A DNA stretch of 64,000 bases from Paragordius varius (taxonomy: Eukaryota; Animalia; Nematomorpha): the NCBI GenBank assembly GCA_964247055.1, contig OZ176051.1, positions 15,004,001 through 15,068,000 on the forward strand, written 5' to 3'. The position numbers were made by a program, and so were the translations under genes. The notes under the pieces are model-generated. The model saw only the letters and a list, made by a program, of their open reading frames with translations, did no database searches and had not been told where the DNA came from. Of this stretch, positions 14,901-26,229 are shown one piece after another (the first letter of the stretch is position 1; each line of letters opens with the position of its first letter).

Positions 14901-16800
14901 GGAATTTTTAGCGTATTTTAATGGAAAATTAACCTTACTTTTTAGAATTTTTAGCGTATTTTTTAGAATTTTTAGCGTATTTTAATGAGAATTTAACCTT
15001 ATTTTTTAGGATTTTTAGCGTATTTTAATGAGAATTTAGCCTTATTTTTTAGAATTTTTACGGTATTTTTTGGAATTTTTAGCGTATTTTAATGGAAAAT
15101 TAACCTTACTTTTTAGAATTTTTACGGTATTTTTTATAATTTTTAGCGTATTTTTTGTAATTTTTAGCGTATTTTGATGGAAATTTAACCTTATTTTTTA
15201 GGATTTTTGGGGTATTTTTTAGAATTTTTAGCGTATTTTAATGAAAATTTAGCCTTATTTTTTAGAATTTTTAGCGTATTTTAATGAGAATTTAGCCTTA
15301 TTTTTTAGAATTTTTACGGTATTTTTTGGAATTTTTAGCGTATTTTAATGGAAAATTAACCTTACTTTTTAGAATTTTTAGCGTATTTTTTAGAATTTTT
15401 AGCGTATTTTAATGAGAATTTAACCTTATTTTTTAGGATTTAGCGTATTTTATGAGAATTTAGCCTTATTTTTTAGAATTTTTACGGTATTTTTTGGAAT
15501 TTTTAGCGTATTTTAATGGAAAATTAACCTTACTTTTTAGAATTTTTACGGTATTTTTTATAATTTTTAGCGTATTTTTTGTAATTTTTAGCGTATTTTG
15601 ATGGAAATTTAACCTTATTTTTTAGGATTTTTGGGGTATTTTTTAGAATTTTTAGCGTATTTTAATGAAAATTTAGCCTTATTTTTTAGAATTTTTAGCG
15701 TATTTTAATGAGAATTTAGCCTTATTTTTTAGAATTTTTACGGTATTTTTTGGAATTTTTAGCGTATTTTAATGGAAAATTAACCTTACTTTTTAGAATT
15801 TTTAGCGTATTTTTTAGAATTTTTAGCGTATTTTAATGAGAATTTAACCTTATTTTTTAGGATTTTTAGCGTATTTTAATGAGAATTTAGCCTTATTTTT
15901 TAGGATTTTTAGCGCATTTTTTAGAATTTTTAGCGTATTTTAATGAGATTTTAGCCTTATTTTTTAGAATTTTTAGCGTATTTTAATGAGAATTTAGCCT
16001 TATTTTTTAGAATTTTTAGCGTATTTTAATGAGATTTTAGCCTTATTTTTTAGGATTTAGCGTATTTTATGAGAATTTAGCCTTATTTTTTAGAATTTTT
16101 ACGGTATTTTTTGGAATTTTTAGCGTATTTTAATGGAAAATTAACCTTACTTTTTAGAATTTTTACGGTATTTTTTAGAATTTTTAGCGTATTTTTTAGA
16201 ATTTTTAGCTTATTTTTTAGAATTTTTAGCGTATTTTAATGAGAATTTAACCTTATTTTTTAGAATTTTTAGCGTATTTTAATAGAAAATTTAACTTATT
16301 TTTTAGAATTTTTAGCGTATTTTGATGGAAATTTAACCTTATTTTTTAGAATTTTTAGGGTATTTTTTAGAATTTTTAGCTTATTTTTTAGAATTTTTAG
16401 CGTATTTTAATGAGAATTTAACCTTATTTTTTAGGATTTTTAGCGTATTTTAATGAGAATTTAGCCTTATTTTTTAGGATTTTTAGCGCATTTTTTAGAA
16501 TTTTTAGCGTATTTTAATGAGAATTTAGCCTTATTTTTTAGAATTTTTAGCGTATTTTAATGAGATTTTAACCTTATTTTTTAGAATTTTTAGCGTATTT
16601 TAATGAGAATTTAACCTTATTTTTTAGGATTTTTAGCGTATTTTAATGAGAATTTAGCCTTATTTTTTAGGATTTTTAGCGCATTTTTTAGAATTTTTAG
16701 CGTATTTTAATGAGAATTTAGCCTTATTTTTTAGAATTTTTAGCGTATTTTAATGAGATTTTAACCTTATTTTTTAGAATTTTTAGCGTATTTTATTAGA
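11990..16800. repeat. Satellite 2: composite of 21-22-bp modules TTTTTTAGAATTTTTAGCGTA and TTTTAATGAGAATTTAGCCTTA
   Basis: About 4.8 kb tandem array, T-rich on plus strand. Blocks recur at ~420-430 and ~850 bp offsets (e.g. 14581 vs 15432). Confidence 0.98.
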
Positions 16801-17728
16801 AATCCTTTATTTTTTAGTTTATTTACATATTTTATTCAAAGTTTTACACTTTTTTACCTATATTTTAGACAAAAGCAATATTTTTTAATTCCAAAATTTT
16901 TAAAATGTACCACCATAATCAATTAAAAATTTTAAATTAAAACAAAATTTAGTGCAATTCCTGATATTTAAGCCCATATTCTTAAAATATCCTGCTTTTG
17001 AAAAAAGTGTATTCAAGAAAATCAAATAACCCTTTAACTAATTAACAATGTTCAATCAATTTTTAAAACAAAAAATCTGGAGAATATAAATATATAGAGT
17101 CCGAAATTTACAAAATTTTATTCGAAATAAATAGAAAAGGCCACAAATGTAACGTTAATATAAGGAAAATTTATTTTTAGCCATATTTTTTAGAAATAGG
17201 ATAGTAAAATCGATGTTCAAGTTGGCAGGAAATAAACTTGATAGATAATTAATTTAACATCTTTCTTGAAATTATTTGTTAAATTCTTTAAATCAATTAA
17301 GATTAGTATACTTTGTTTTAATTTAAAATTATATTTTAATTAATTAACAGGAAAAGCCCCATACGATTAAAGCAAAAAATAAAATCACATGTTTTTAACT
17401 TTTTTAAACTTGGTTTCCTGCTCTCAAAAATAAAAAAACAAGAAAAATATTCACATTTTTAGAGATTAAAAATAGTAATTTCACCCATAATTTGTTACTA
17501 ATATATATATATATATATATATAATAAAAACAAGTACAAATTTATTTAATCAATCCTTCGGAAGTTCTTCAAACAACGTACCAAATAATATATAATGAAA
17601 ACTAAATGTATTGCAACAATTTTCAAAGATAAAATTTAAAAGTAGAGAGAGAAATTATTGGATTTTAAATTAGACAACAAAGTAAACATTTTAACATTAG
17701 TTCTTTTAGTGGTATTAAATGACTCCAT

Positions 17729-19935
17729 TTAACGGAAATATTTTCTAACGATATCTAAATCAAAATCAGCATGCATTTTAACCAAAACTGTTAACTTAAA
17801 ACAACATGAAAAATATAAAACTTACGAAAATTATTATCCAGGCAAAATCGTAACATAGGTTTTCGATATTTCATTTGAGTTCCCATTGAAATTCACCACG
17901 CATCCATCGTTGTTTTATGTTTTCTAAAAATTAAATAAAATAATTTTTACCATATTAAAAGTTTTGAGATATTGGTTACATTGTTGTTTGATTGTTGTAA
18001 TAAGGATTAGCTATGATTATTTCCTGTTCTTGATTTTCCATAAATTTCTATAAACATTATATGAATAATATACTTTGTAGGTAAAATTAATTCTCAGTCC
18101 ATGTAATTGTAGCCGGAACAAGAGAGACATAAGAAGGCACGCATGCACATTGCATTCCAAAAAATTTGGAAAATAAAAAAATGAAAAAATGAATTTTGAC
18201 TACAAATTCATTGTATATATATGAGAGGGAACTCACGTGTACGCACGTGTTCCCTCTCTTTCTTGTTCTGTCCAATCATTAAAGTGCGCCTATTCAAGAA
18301 ATTTCGTTGCTTTGTTTCGCCCAAAAAACACATTTGCAACTCACGTAATCTTTCTTGCTCTTATGCATATATAAAATATTAAATACATAATCATTACTAT
18401 ATAAGGAAATTTTGTTATATAAATTCTTTAAATTCCTTTGCGTATGATGCAATAAAAATAAATTCCTTATGTGCACAAGTCTTAAAAATGTGTGTTATGT
18501 ATTATTATGGATTAAATATCCCAAATAAATAATTTGAAAAAAAAATTAAAATAAAATTTAATTAAAATATTACTTTATTATTTAGGTATATTTAAAGTTT
18601 AGATGTATAGTTGAAAAAAATTAAATATTTATTATATGTTCTAATCAAATATTGTATTAATATTTAAAAAAGTTCAATAAAAATATATTACTATCAAAGG
18701 TTGTAATTAATAGTTTAGGATTGGTTAAGAAGCAAATCAATTCCTTTTAATTGATTGATAAAGATTTCAACCAAATTATGTCTTTAAGTTTAAAACAGTT
18801 AAAATCTAAAGGTTTTTTTAGAATTTTACTTTAAAATAAAAAGGTGAAAATATATTCTTATTTAAATTAATTATTACATTATAAATCAATCTCACCTTTA
18901 TTCAAAATATGTAAAAAATTTAAAATAAAATTGTCCACAAATCAAAATAATTTGTAAGCTAATTATTAAAGTTAATTTTTTCTTAATTGGAAAGTTGGTT
19001 TTTGATTTATTAAGATTGCCTTTGTTATAAATACATCTGAAATCATCAACCCATTCTGATAATTTATAATTTTTTGATTATTATTGAAATTATTGGTTCG
19101 CAAACTTGTAAATTATTTGATATTTAAATAAGTGAAAAATATTAAATTTAAAGTATTAGCCAATCTTATTCCTATGATAGTAACTTTGAAAAGCTAATGG
19201 AAAATTAAAATTATTTATTATAGAATCTAGACAAAAACGTATTAATTGCCAGAACAGTAAGTTATTATTTAATTTTATTGGTAACAATTGAGGTCAACAC
19301 ATAAATTTTAATCCTACATTTGAAACACGAAATTTGGTAACTTATTAAACAATACAATTAAAAAAAAGATGGAATTTTAATTAAGTTCAATTTAGAAAGC
19401 TGGATAAAGAATTTAATGTAGATTTTTATCTCAAATAATCTTGTTATCCAATGGTATTATTGACTATAAATGTTTGGTTTTAGGGTAAAAAGTGTCAATT
19501 ATTTCTAGCCAGATTAGATTTATTAAACACCTAAGGGTTTCGAGTTTGTGGGCTAGGGTTAGGGTGAGGGATTGGAGTTGGTTCATTTTCTTAAAGAAGT
19601 CCGCAGGACTTCCTCGGGCTGCGAAGCAGGCCGAGACCCACGCATTTCAATTCAAATTTGGTTTTTCTATTTCCTTTTTATTTATCTACTCAATAACCAC
19701 TTACTAAAAGACGTATTCTAATTATATAATTCAAAGAAATTTCAATAACTTACGCCATTTCTATACTTAATTTAATATTTGACAATAGTTTAGATCTGTG
19801 AAGGTTTCAGTAAGGAAGATCAGTAGATGAAATATTTTTCTAGTAGTATTAATAAGGTTACTCCTAAATATCTGAAACTTATTATTTAGATTTAATAAAT
19901 AATTTACTATTTACTCACAAACATGACCACTTACG
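17729..19935 (-). pseudogene. Divergent M13/neprilysin-like gene, C-terminal part, disrupted
   Basis: Spliced exons ...KSKKDY|AHFNDWTEQEREGTRAYT|QNSFFHFFIFQIFWNAMC resemble the M13 AY.AY..W...LPG..YT.EQLFF..FAQ.WC region. GT-AG introns at 18344-18290 and 18236-18200. Upstream pieces KLLSNIKLSIEM (~19740) and LSEWVDD (~19040) fit the IK..F / W.D region. In-frame stops present. Confidence 0.5.
19532..19648 (+). repeat. ~117-bp G4/twin-hairpin dispersed element (copy B, reference)
   Basis: GGGCTAGGGTTAGGGTGAGGG at 19550-19570; GAAGTCC-GCA-GGACTTC at 19596-19612; CTCGG-G-CTGC-GAA-GCAG-G-CCGAG at 19613-19635. Confidence 0.9.
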
Positions 19936-20299
19936 TTTTAGGAATTAAAGTTTGTTTTTTTAAACATTATTAAAAATAGGTTAACATAAAACAGGTATAT
20001 GTGAAATACTGGAATTTTATAAAGTAAGTGTACTTATAATAAGAAAATATCTGACCAGTTAATTTTATCGGTTAAAATATATGTGTAAGGTTTTTTATTT
20101 TCATTTGTGATCAAATGCTTAAAAGTGTTAAAATATAGTCCTTTTAAGAACAAGAGGTATTGATGGTTTTAAATACTTTATGCGCTGGAATAAAATTTAT
20201 TAACCAACATATAATTACCATATATGTAGAGATAGTTTATTGAATATAAGGGCCACACATGTATAAAATTATATTTTAAAGAATGCAGGTTCAATACCT

Positions 20300-21600
20300 T
20301 AAGGTTTTCGAGTTTGTGGGCTAGGGTTAGGGTGAGGGATTGGAGTTGGTTCATTTTCTTAAAGAAGTCCGCAGGACTTCCTCGGGCTGCGAAGCAGGCC
20401 GAGACCCACGCATTTCATGATCAAATATTTTTGAAGTAATATTAAAATCTTATAATTTGAATGATTTACTTTAAAACTTTATATTTAATAAAATTGTTAT
20501 GTGATAATATAAGACTATCATCAATTAGACTTACGTAGGATATGTTTGAGAGTTAGGTAAAAAAGTAAAATTTTATTATTTGACTTATATAAATAAATCT
20601 GTGCTAAATTCAGTAAACAAATGCATTGGATCAATAATTATACTAGCTACATACAAACATATTCTACACATATATTATTACCGAATAATTAATATTTATC
20701 ACAAAATTGTTATTTATATTTTTTTGAAATGTTAATTAAAAAAATTAAAAACATTCAGTTAAATATTTAATTGATTTTGTTCTCTATCAATATTTAATTA
20801 AAACCTATTCAATAATTTTTTTACATAGAAATCGCTATTTTTTATTATAATATATTACATTTATAAATTATGTTTCTTTCAAACAAGACCACTTAAATTT
20901 TAAAAATAAAAACTTGATTTAAGTTTTAAAATGATTTGATCCCAAATAAGGTTTTTGAGTTTGTGGGCTAGGGTTAGGGATTGGAGTTGGTTCATTTTCT
21001 TAAAGAAGTCCGCAGGACTTCCTCGGGCTGAGAAGCAGGCCGAGACCCACGCTTTTCATGAATAAATAGTTTTGTAATAATATTGCATCTTATATTATGT
21101 ATGATTTACTACTAAACCGTATATTTAATATTATACATATGTGATAATGTAAGATTACCATCAATTAGACTTACGTATGATATGTTGAGACTTTTTATTT
21201 TTTGAATAATATATAAAACCTATGCTCGTTTCTGTAAACAAGAACATTGTATAAAAAATTATTATAACTCTCAAACATTACATTCTACACATATATGGTT
21301 ACCCAATTTTTAATATTTTTCCTAATTTAGACAAATGTTTTTTGTATTTTGTCGAATTTGTTGTAATATTAATTTAAGAAATATTAAAAGCATTCAGCAA
21401 TCAAATATTTAATTGATTTTGTTTTCTTTTGAATTTATTTAAAGCCTATTCAATAATTTTTTTACATATAATTCGCTCTTTTTTATCATAATATATTATA
21501 TTTATAAACTAGGATGTTTATTTCAAACAAGAACACTTAAATTTTAAAAATAAAAACTTGATTAAGTTTCAAAATGATTTGAACCCAAATTGCAATGAAT
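20300..21600 (+). repeat. Local ~650-bp direct tandem duplication; each unit starts with the G4/hairpin element (copies C 20300-20416, D 20947-21057; decayed E ~21670-21780)
   Basis: 20300-20945 and 20947-21600 align over their length (shared ccatcaattagacttacgta and caagaccacttaaattttaaaaataaaaacttgatt-like segments). Confidence 0.85.
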
Positions 21601-23879
21601 CTTTGATATTATAAGGAGAGAATTGGATGAAGAAATTTTTTATATTTTTTAATGGGGGTAAGTTCTTTCTTTTGAGTTAAGGAGCCAGTGTTGGTGCAAA
21701 GGATATAAGTGGGTTTATTTTCTTAAAGAAGTGTTCAGGACTTTCTAGGGCTGCGGATCAGGTTGAGACTCATGCATATTTAGAGTAACCTTGCTGTTTT
21801 AAATGCAAAACAAAGTATTCATTTTATAATAGTAAAAATACTTAAAAAAATTGTATTCCTGTATCCATTTTAAATTTTTGTTAAATATATTAAAGTTGCA
21901 AGATATCACATATCAAAGATAAATAAAAATGTGAGGAAATTTTTTAAATGGTTGCATATGAGTAAGGTTAGTAAATCAAAATAATAATTTGACACTAACC
22001 TGGTTTTTACCCTAATATATTGAATTTTAACCCATAATAATTTTATTAACATTTGAACAAATTTTACCTTTCAAAATTTATAATTAATATAAAAATACCG
22101 AACACGTAAAATTTTATAAAAAAATAATTGATTAAATTCAGCTAAACATATTTACACAAGTAATTATATTATTAGTTAGAAACGATTATACAAATTGGAT
22201 GTTGACCAAGTGTCTTGACTGCTTATTATAATTATTATGACAGATTTATTTCGGAATGTTTTCGAAGGATATATATATTTTTAGTATTTTGATACATAAA
22301 AAAATTATAATTATGGAGAATATAGCATCAACAGATTTTTATTCTAAAATTTATTTAAATGTCATTTTCTTAAAATTATATCGCTTATGCCAGATGGTAC
22401 TCATAGATACATAAATTCAAATCCAAAAATTGTGGTTCGCTCATTTTTAAGGAAAATTATGCTATTGGAGCAGAAAGGTTTTTTTAAATTTTTTTTATTT
22501 TATATAGATAATTGGTTTTGAAAATGCCATAATTTGATATAATTTACGAAATTTAAATGTTATACGTGAAATTTCATACAAGATGTGGGACAAAGACCGG
22601 GAGAAATTAGTGAGAAAACACGCGATCAAATCATACACCAGCCACAACAGAAACCAACCACATCAAATAACACAATTGATGAATACATATCTATTAAGAT
22701 GTTAAACTATTCAATAAATTCATTTGTATGCAAACCTATTTTCTTGTAAATTAGTATGCTCATTCAAAATAAGGCCACAAATACGTTTCAAAGATAAAAA
22801 GTGTTAAATTTAAAACTTAGTAGTTACTTAAACATGCAATTATGGCGAATTTTAGTACTTTTAATTTAAAGATTAGATATAATCAGTAGTAAAGGTCAAA
22901 AGTTAATTGCAGAAATAATTTCAGATAATATTTGAAAGAATAGCGCTTATCAGTTGAATATGCTAATTTTGATTGTATATATACCTAATACCACCCAATA
23001 TATCTTATTAAATATAAAAACAGCTTTGATTCAACTATCATGTAATTTTTAAAATGCAGGTTTTAAGTTATTATCAAAAGTTTTCTAATTTGTGGGCTAG
23101 GGATACAACACAACTGTAAGGAATGATGTTAAACAGCCAAATCTCAACCAAACAGCCAGATCACCCCCAATGATGAAACCAAATCGATTACCCAGACAAA
23201 CTCAAGACAAGACATCGATAATAGCCAGGAAAGACCCTACCTGGTGAGAAACCGTTAAAAACTCGTCCACTTTTGTTAGAAGAGGGAATTGAGTGATGTT
23301 TTAATTGGAACTTACATTTATTACCATCTCGTTTCGAAAAAGTCTAACAGTTATTTTGTATGAACATTTTATGTATTACTATGTTAGAAAATAACCTCGT
23401 ACCAACGCTTTTAGTTTTATTATTTTATTGAATCAACTTGTATATACCCGCAGGATAAATTTTTGTGATATATATTTTTTTGATATTTAAACCTTGTGTT
23501 TTTGAAATACAATAAATATCTCATTTACGCGTAGTGCCCCTGCTTATGTTTCAAAAATATCATTTGTATTTAGTTTATTTCTGACAAACTTTATATTCTT
23601 ACTGTATTCACACAATTATAATTTTCAATATATCTAATACGGAGTGATATTGAAAGTTTTGTACCTAGAGTTTATATATATCTACGATAGTTGAAACAAT
23701 CGATTCATATCTAATGCATTGATACGGTTAAAATATCCTAATGAATATATACCATTAACTGCTAAATTCACCCTTATACATTCAAATTCATCCTTGAAAA
23801 ATTCATATTCACCCTAAAATAAATATAGTGTTTTTTAAGATTAAAAATTACTTATATTTTTAAAAAACAACTACGAATG

Positions 23880-24070
23880 TCTCTAGAATCACCAAACTTC
23901 CGGAATTTTCACCCACATAATACTTTTGTTGAAATGGTTGTATTCTAAGCAAATGGCCATCAAATTACCATACAGCTTCATCGTGTGCTTTAATATCCTT
24001 AGAGGTGTGAAACATATATTGTATTAAAAGCTCATGACAGAACCGAGTGAGGAAAATTTTCCTTAAAAAT
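23880..24070 (-). mobile_element. piggyBac transposase relic (first catalytic Asp region)
   Basis: Translates as KIF...DIKAHDEAVW*FDGHLLRIQPFQQK, then after a frameshift CG*KFRKFGDSR. Matches piggyBac IDE.M.PF.GR....QY...KP.K.G.K.W.L.DS. Confidence 0.55.
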
Positions 24071-24151
24071 CGATTACAGATAAAAATCTAATACAAGCTT
24101 TCAATCAACCAAACCGCAAAATTTCAAAAAATAGATTATTCGGAGCACATA

Positions 24152-24546
24152 CAGTAAAAAGACAATTATCTCAAAAAGACACCCATACTTTTTAAAACCT
24201 TAATTCATCCTATAAAAATCATTTAATTAAAGTCGTAAATAATGTATCGATTGTGTTAACAATATACAATTCTAGTTTATACTTGATTATTTAAAAACAA
24301 TGAGTTATTAAAATAAACAAGATTCAAAAAATATGATTGACTTTAAGAAAAAGATTTCCTTCATAAACTACTAGATTACATTTAAATAAAATTGAGTGTA
24401 TTAACAATTTACATATCTAATCCAGATTTAACCCAAAACAATAATTAATATTTAATATAAGAAATTTGAAAAAGTATGGTTGTGTTTTAGAAAAAAATAT
24501 TTGTCTTTTAATTTTTAAGTTTTGTCCATTATTTCAATTTTTACTG
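24152..24546. mobile_element. TA-CAGTAAAAA-type MITE family with ~70-bp TIRs; other copies ~25866-26130, 28259-28550, 59598-59882, 61767-62014
   Basis: TA|CAGT...ACTG|TA ends in this copy. Arms contain aaagacaaatattttttctaaaag(a/g)caaccatac and its inverse gtatggttgt(c/g)ttttagaaaaaaatatttgtcttt. Tc1/mariner-like termini. Confidence 0.7.
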
Positions 24547-24809
24547 TATCTTCTTTTTAGTTTTGTGTTTATAATTTAAAAAAATCTATGAATTCTTTAT
24601 ATCTTAACCTCAGCCACGGGCACCTATCACCAATTTTTTAAGTCCCACGTTATTCATTAAAATGAGAATATTATTTAACCAACCCTACTTTATATCTTGA
24701 GGTTTATAACTATTATATAAAATAATAGAGAAGAAAAAATTTTTTGACGCGCAAAAATTTAATTGTAAAGGATTCCATGGTGGTGATGAAAAGATGTTTA
24801 GTTTAAAAA

Positions 24810-24998
24810 TTACTTAAATCTGGCATACTCATCTCTGAGTTTAATGTCAATGGGCCTTAATGTGTCTACCCTCAACCTGTTTTCTTGGGTAATTTTAGAA
24901 AAAAAATAATTAATGTTCAAATATTTAAAGCGAGTTAGCTTCCAGTTGTATATGGTTTCACCTAAATATGGGGATATATAACTCCTTAAACGAAACAA
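24810..24998 (-). mobile_element. piggyBac transposase relic
   Basis: LTRFKYLNINYFF...RLRVDTLRPIDIKLRDEYARF resembles piggyBac RNRF..L...LHF...D.L.KIRP..D.L...F. Confidence 0.45.
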
Positions 24999-26229
24999 AC
25001 TTCTTTAAATTAATATATAAGTTAAATTTTCATAATTTTTAATAAATTATCTGAATCTCCCCCAACAGAGTCCAGCTAGTGTATGCTTAAAACTGTTTTA
25101 AATAAGTCGAAACTATAAATGTAAAGGGGGTAGAATCAATAACGCCAATGTGATTAGAATATATAGAATTTTATGTCAAAAAACATGCAAAGAATTAAAA
25201 TTTTGGTAAATTTAAAAGCCAGAAATTATGGTTTTTAAGTTTTATGTTTTTTAATTCATACAATTAAAACAGTAGAAGAGGCGTGGTGTATTAACCTATT
25301 GAAAATAACTTTCCTGTGCTCGTTAGGCACAAATCCAAAAGCCCCATGATAATCAAGACATTTATTGGAATAAATTAGGATGCTTATATACCTCAAAATT
25401 TTGGTAGCAGTATATATGTTAATAATAATTTTTAAAGATTTATAATTATGATTTTTTAAAACCCACAATCTTAAAAAAACAGAGGCATATTAAATAATTT
25501 TAATTTTAGGGCTGGAATTAAAAAATAGGTATGCGTTTTTAAAAGTTATTATTTTAAATAATAAATAACCACTTATTTTATATTTTAATTAGTTTTTTGT
25601 TTGAATGAAATACAAAGGGTCGCTTTCACGGATTCTTGCATCGGACAAAAGAAATGCAAGCTCTGCCTTCGTTAAACATATATATAGATAAATAGAATAT
25701 AATGTATAATTTATTAAAAGAAACGCTTCAAGTAAATATATTTTTTCGTATTTTGATATGTAAAAAGCGTTATTATGGGTTAAAAGGTTACGGTGTGTTC
25801 CTATTAAGAAAGATAAATAACATCCGATTGCCTCCCTTCACAATTCGATAGCTAAATTAAAAAAAAATCAATAAAAATGAAATTATACGGACAATAAGCA
25901 TCATAAATATAAGGACAAATATTTTTTCTATCAGTTTATAAACCTTAATTATTTTCATATAACTTATTCAATTACAATTATAAAATATATAATTGATTGT
26001 GTCACCACTAAACATATCAACTTTATACTTTACAATTAAAAACAATGAGTTATATATAATTAGAAATAAAGCTTGAAAAGTATGGTTGTCTTTTAGAAAA
26101 AAATATTTGTCTTTATATTTTTAATTCGCAGATTATATAAGTTATCTCGTGAACACAAAAATGTTGTTTTTTGTCAGGTTAATTGAATGCCTTCTTTTTG
26201 TACCCTCAGACAATGTTAATGTTTAAATT

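Noticed and set aside
18094-18176. Plus-strand peptide PCNCSRNKRDIRRHACTLHSKKFGK* resembling a secreted-peptide C-terminus
   Set aside because: Antisense to the better-supported, phase-consistent M13-like exon; no upstream exons found.
19532-19648. tRNA-derived SINE or true interstitial telomere
   Set aside because: Only weak A/B-box resemblance, no poly-A tail or TSD, and just one exact TTAGGG rather than an array.
19492-19707. ORFs 19492-19707 and 3860-4105 share the peptide SSLWARVRVRDWSWFIFLKKSAGLPRAAKQAET, suggesting a gene family
   Set aside because: The shared peptide is simply the translation of the 117-bp repeat; the flanks are unrelated and other copies break the frame.
23880-24070. 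Ig-domain-like reading (AVW*FDG...SLVI)
   Set aside because: A shifted frame gives a better match to the piggyBac DE...F.G...Q...K..G.K...DS motif.
25256-25468. DYHGAFGF peptide shared with ORF 44801-44986; possible further exons (25666-25614, 25391-25262) extending the secreted-protein gene
   Set aside because: The similarity is at DNA level with sequence inside a TIR element and with another repeat copy near 43510. The gene already has an in-frame stop at 26230. An alternative 3' extension cannot be fully excluded.
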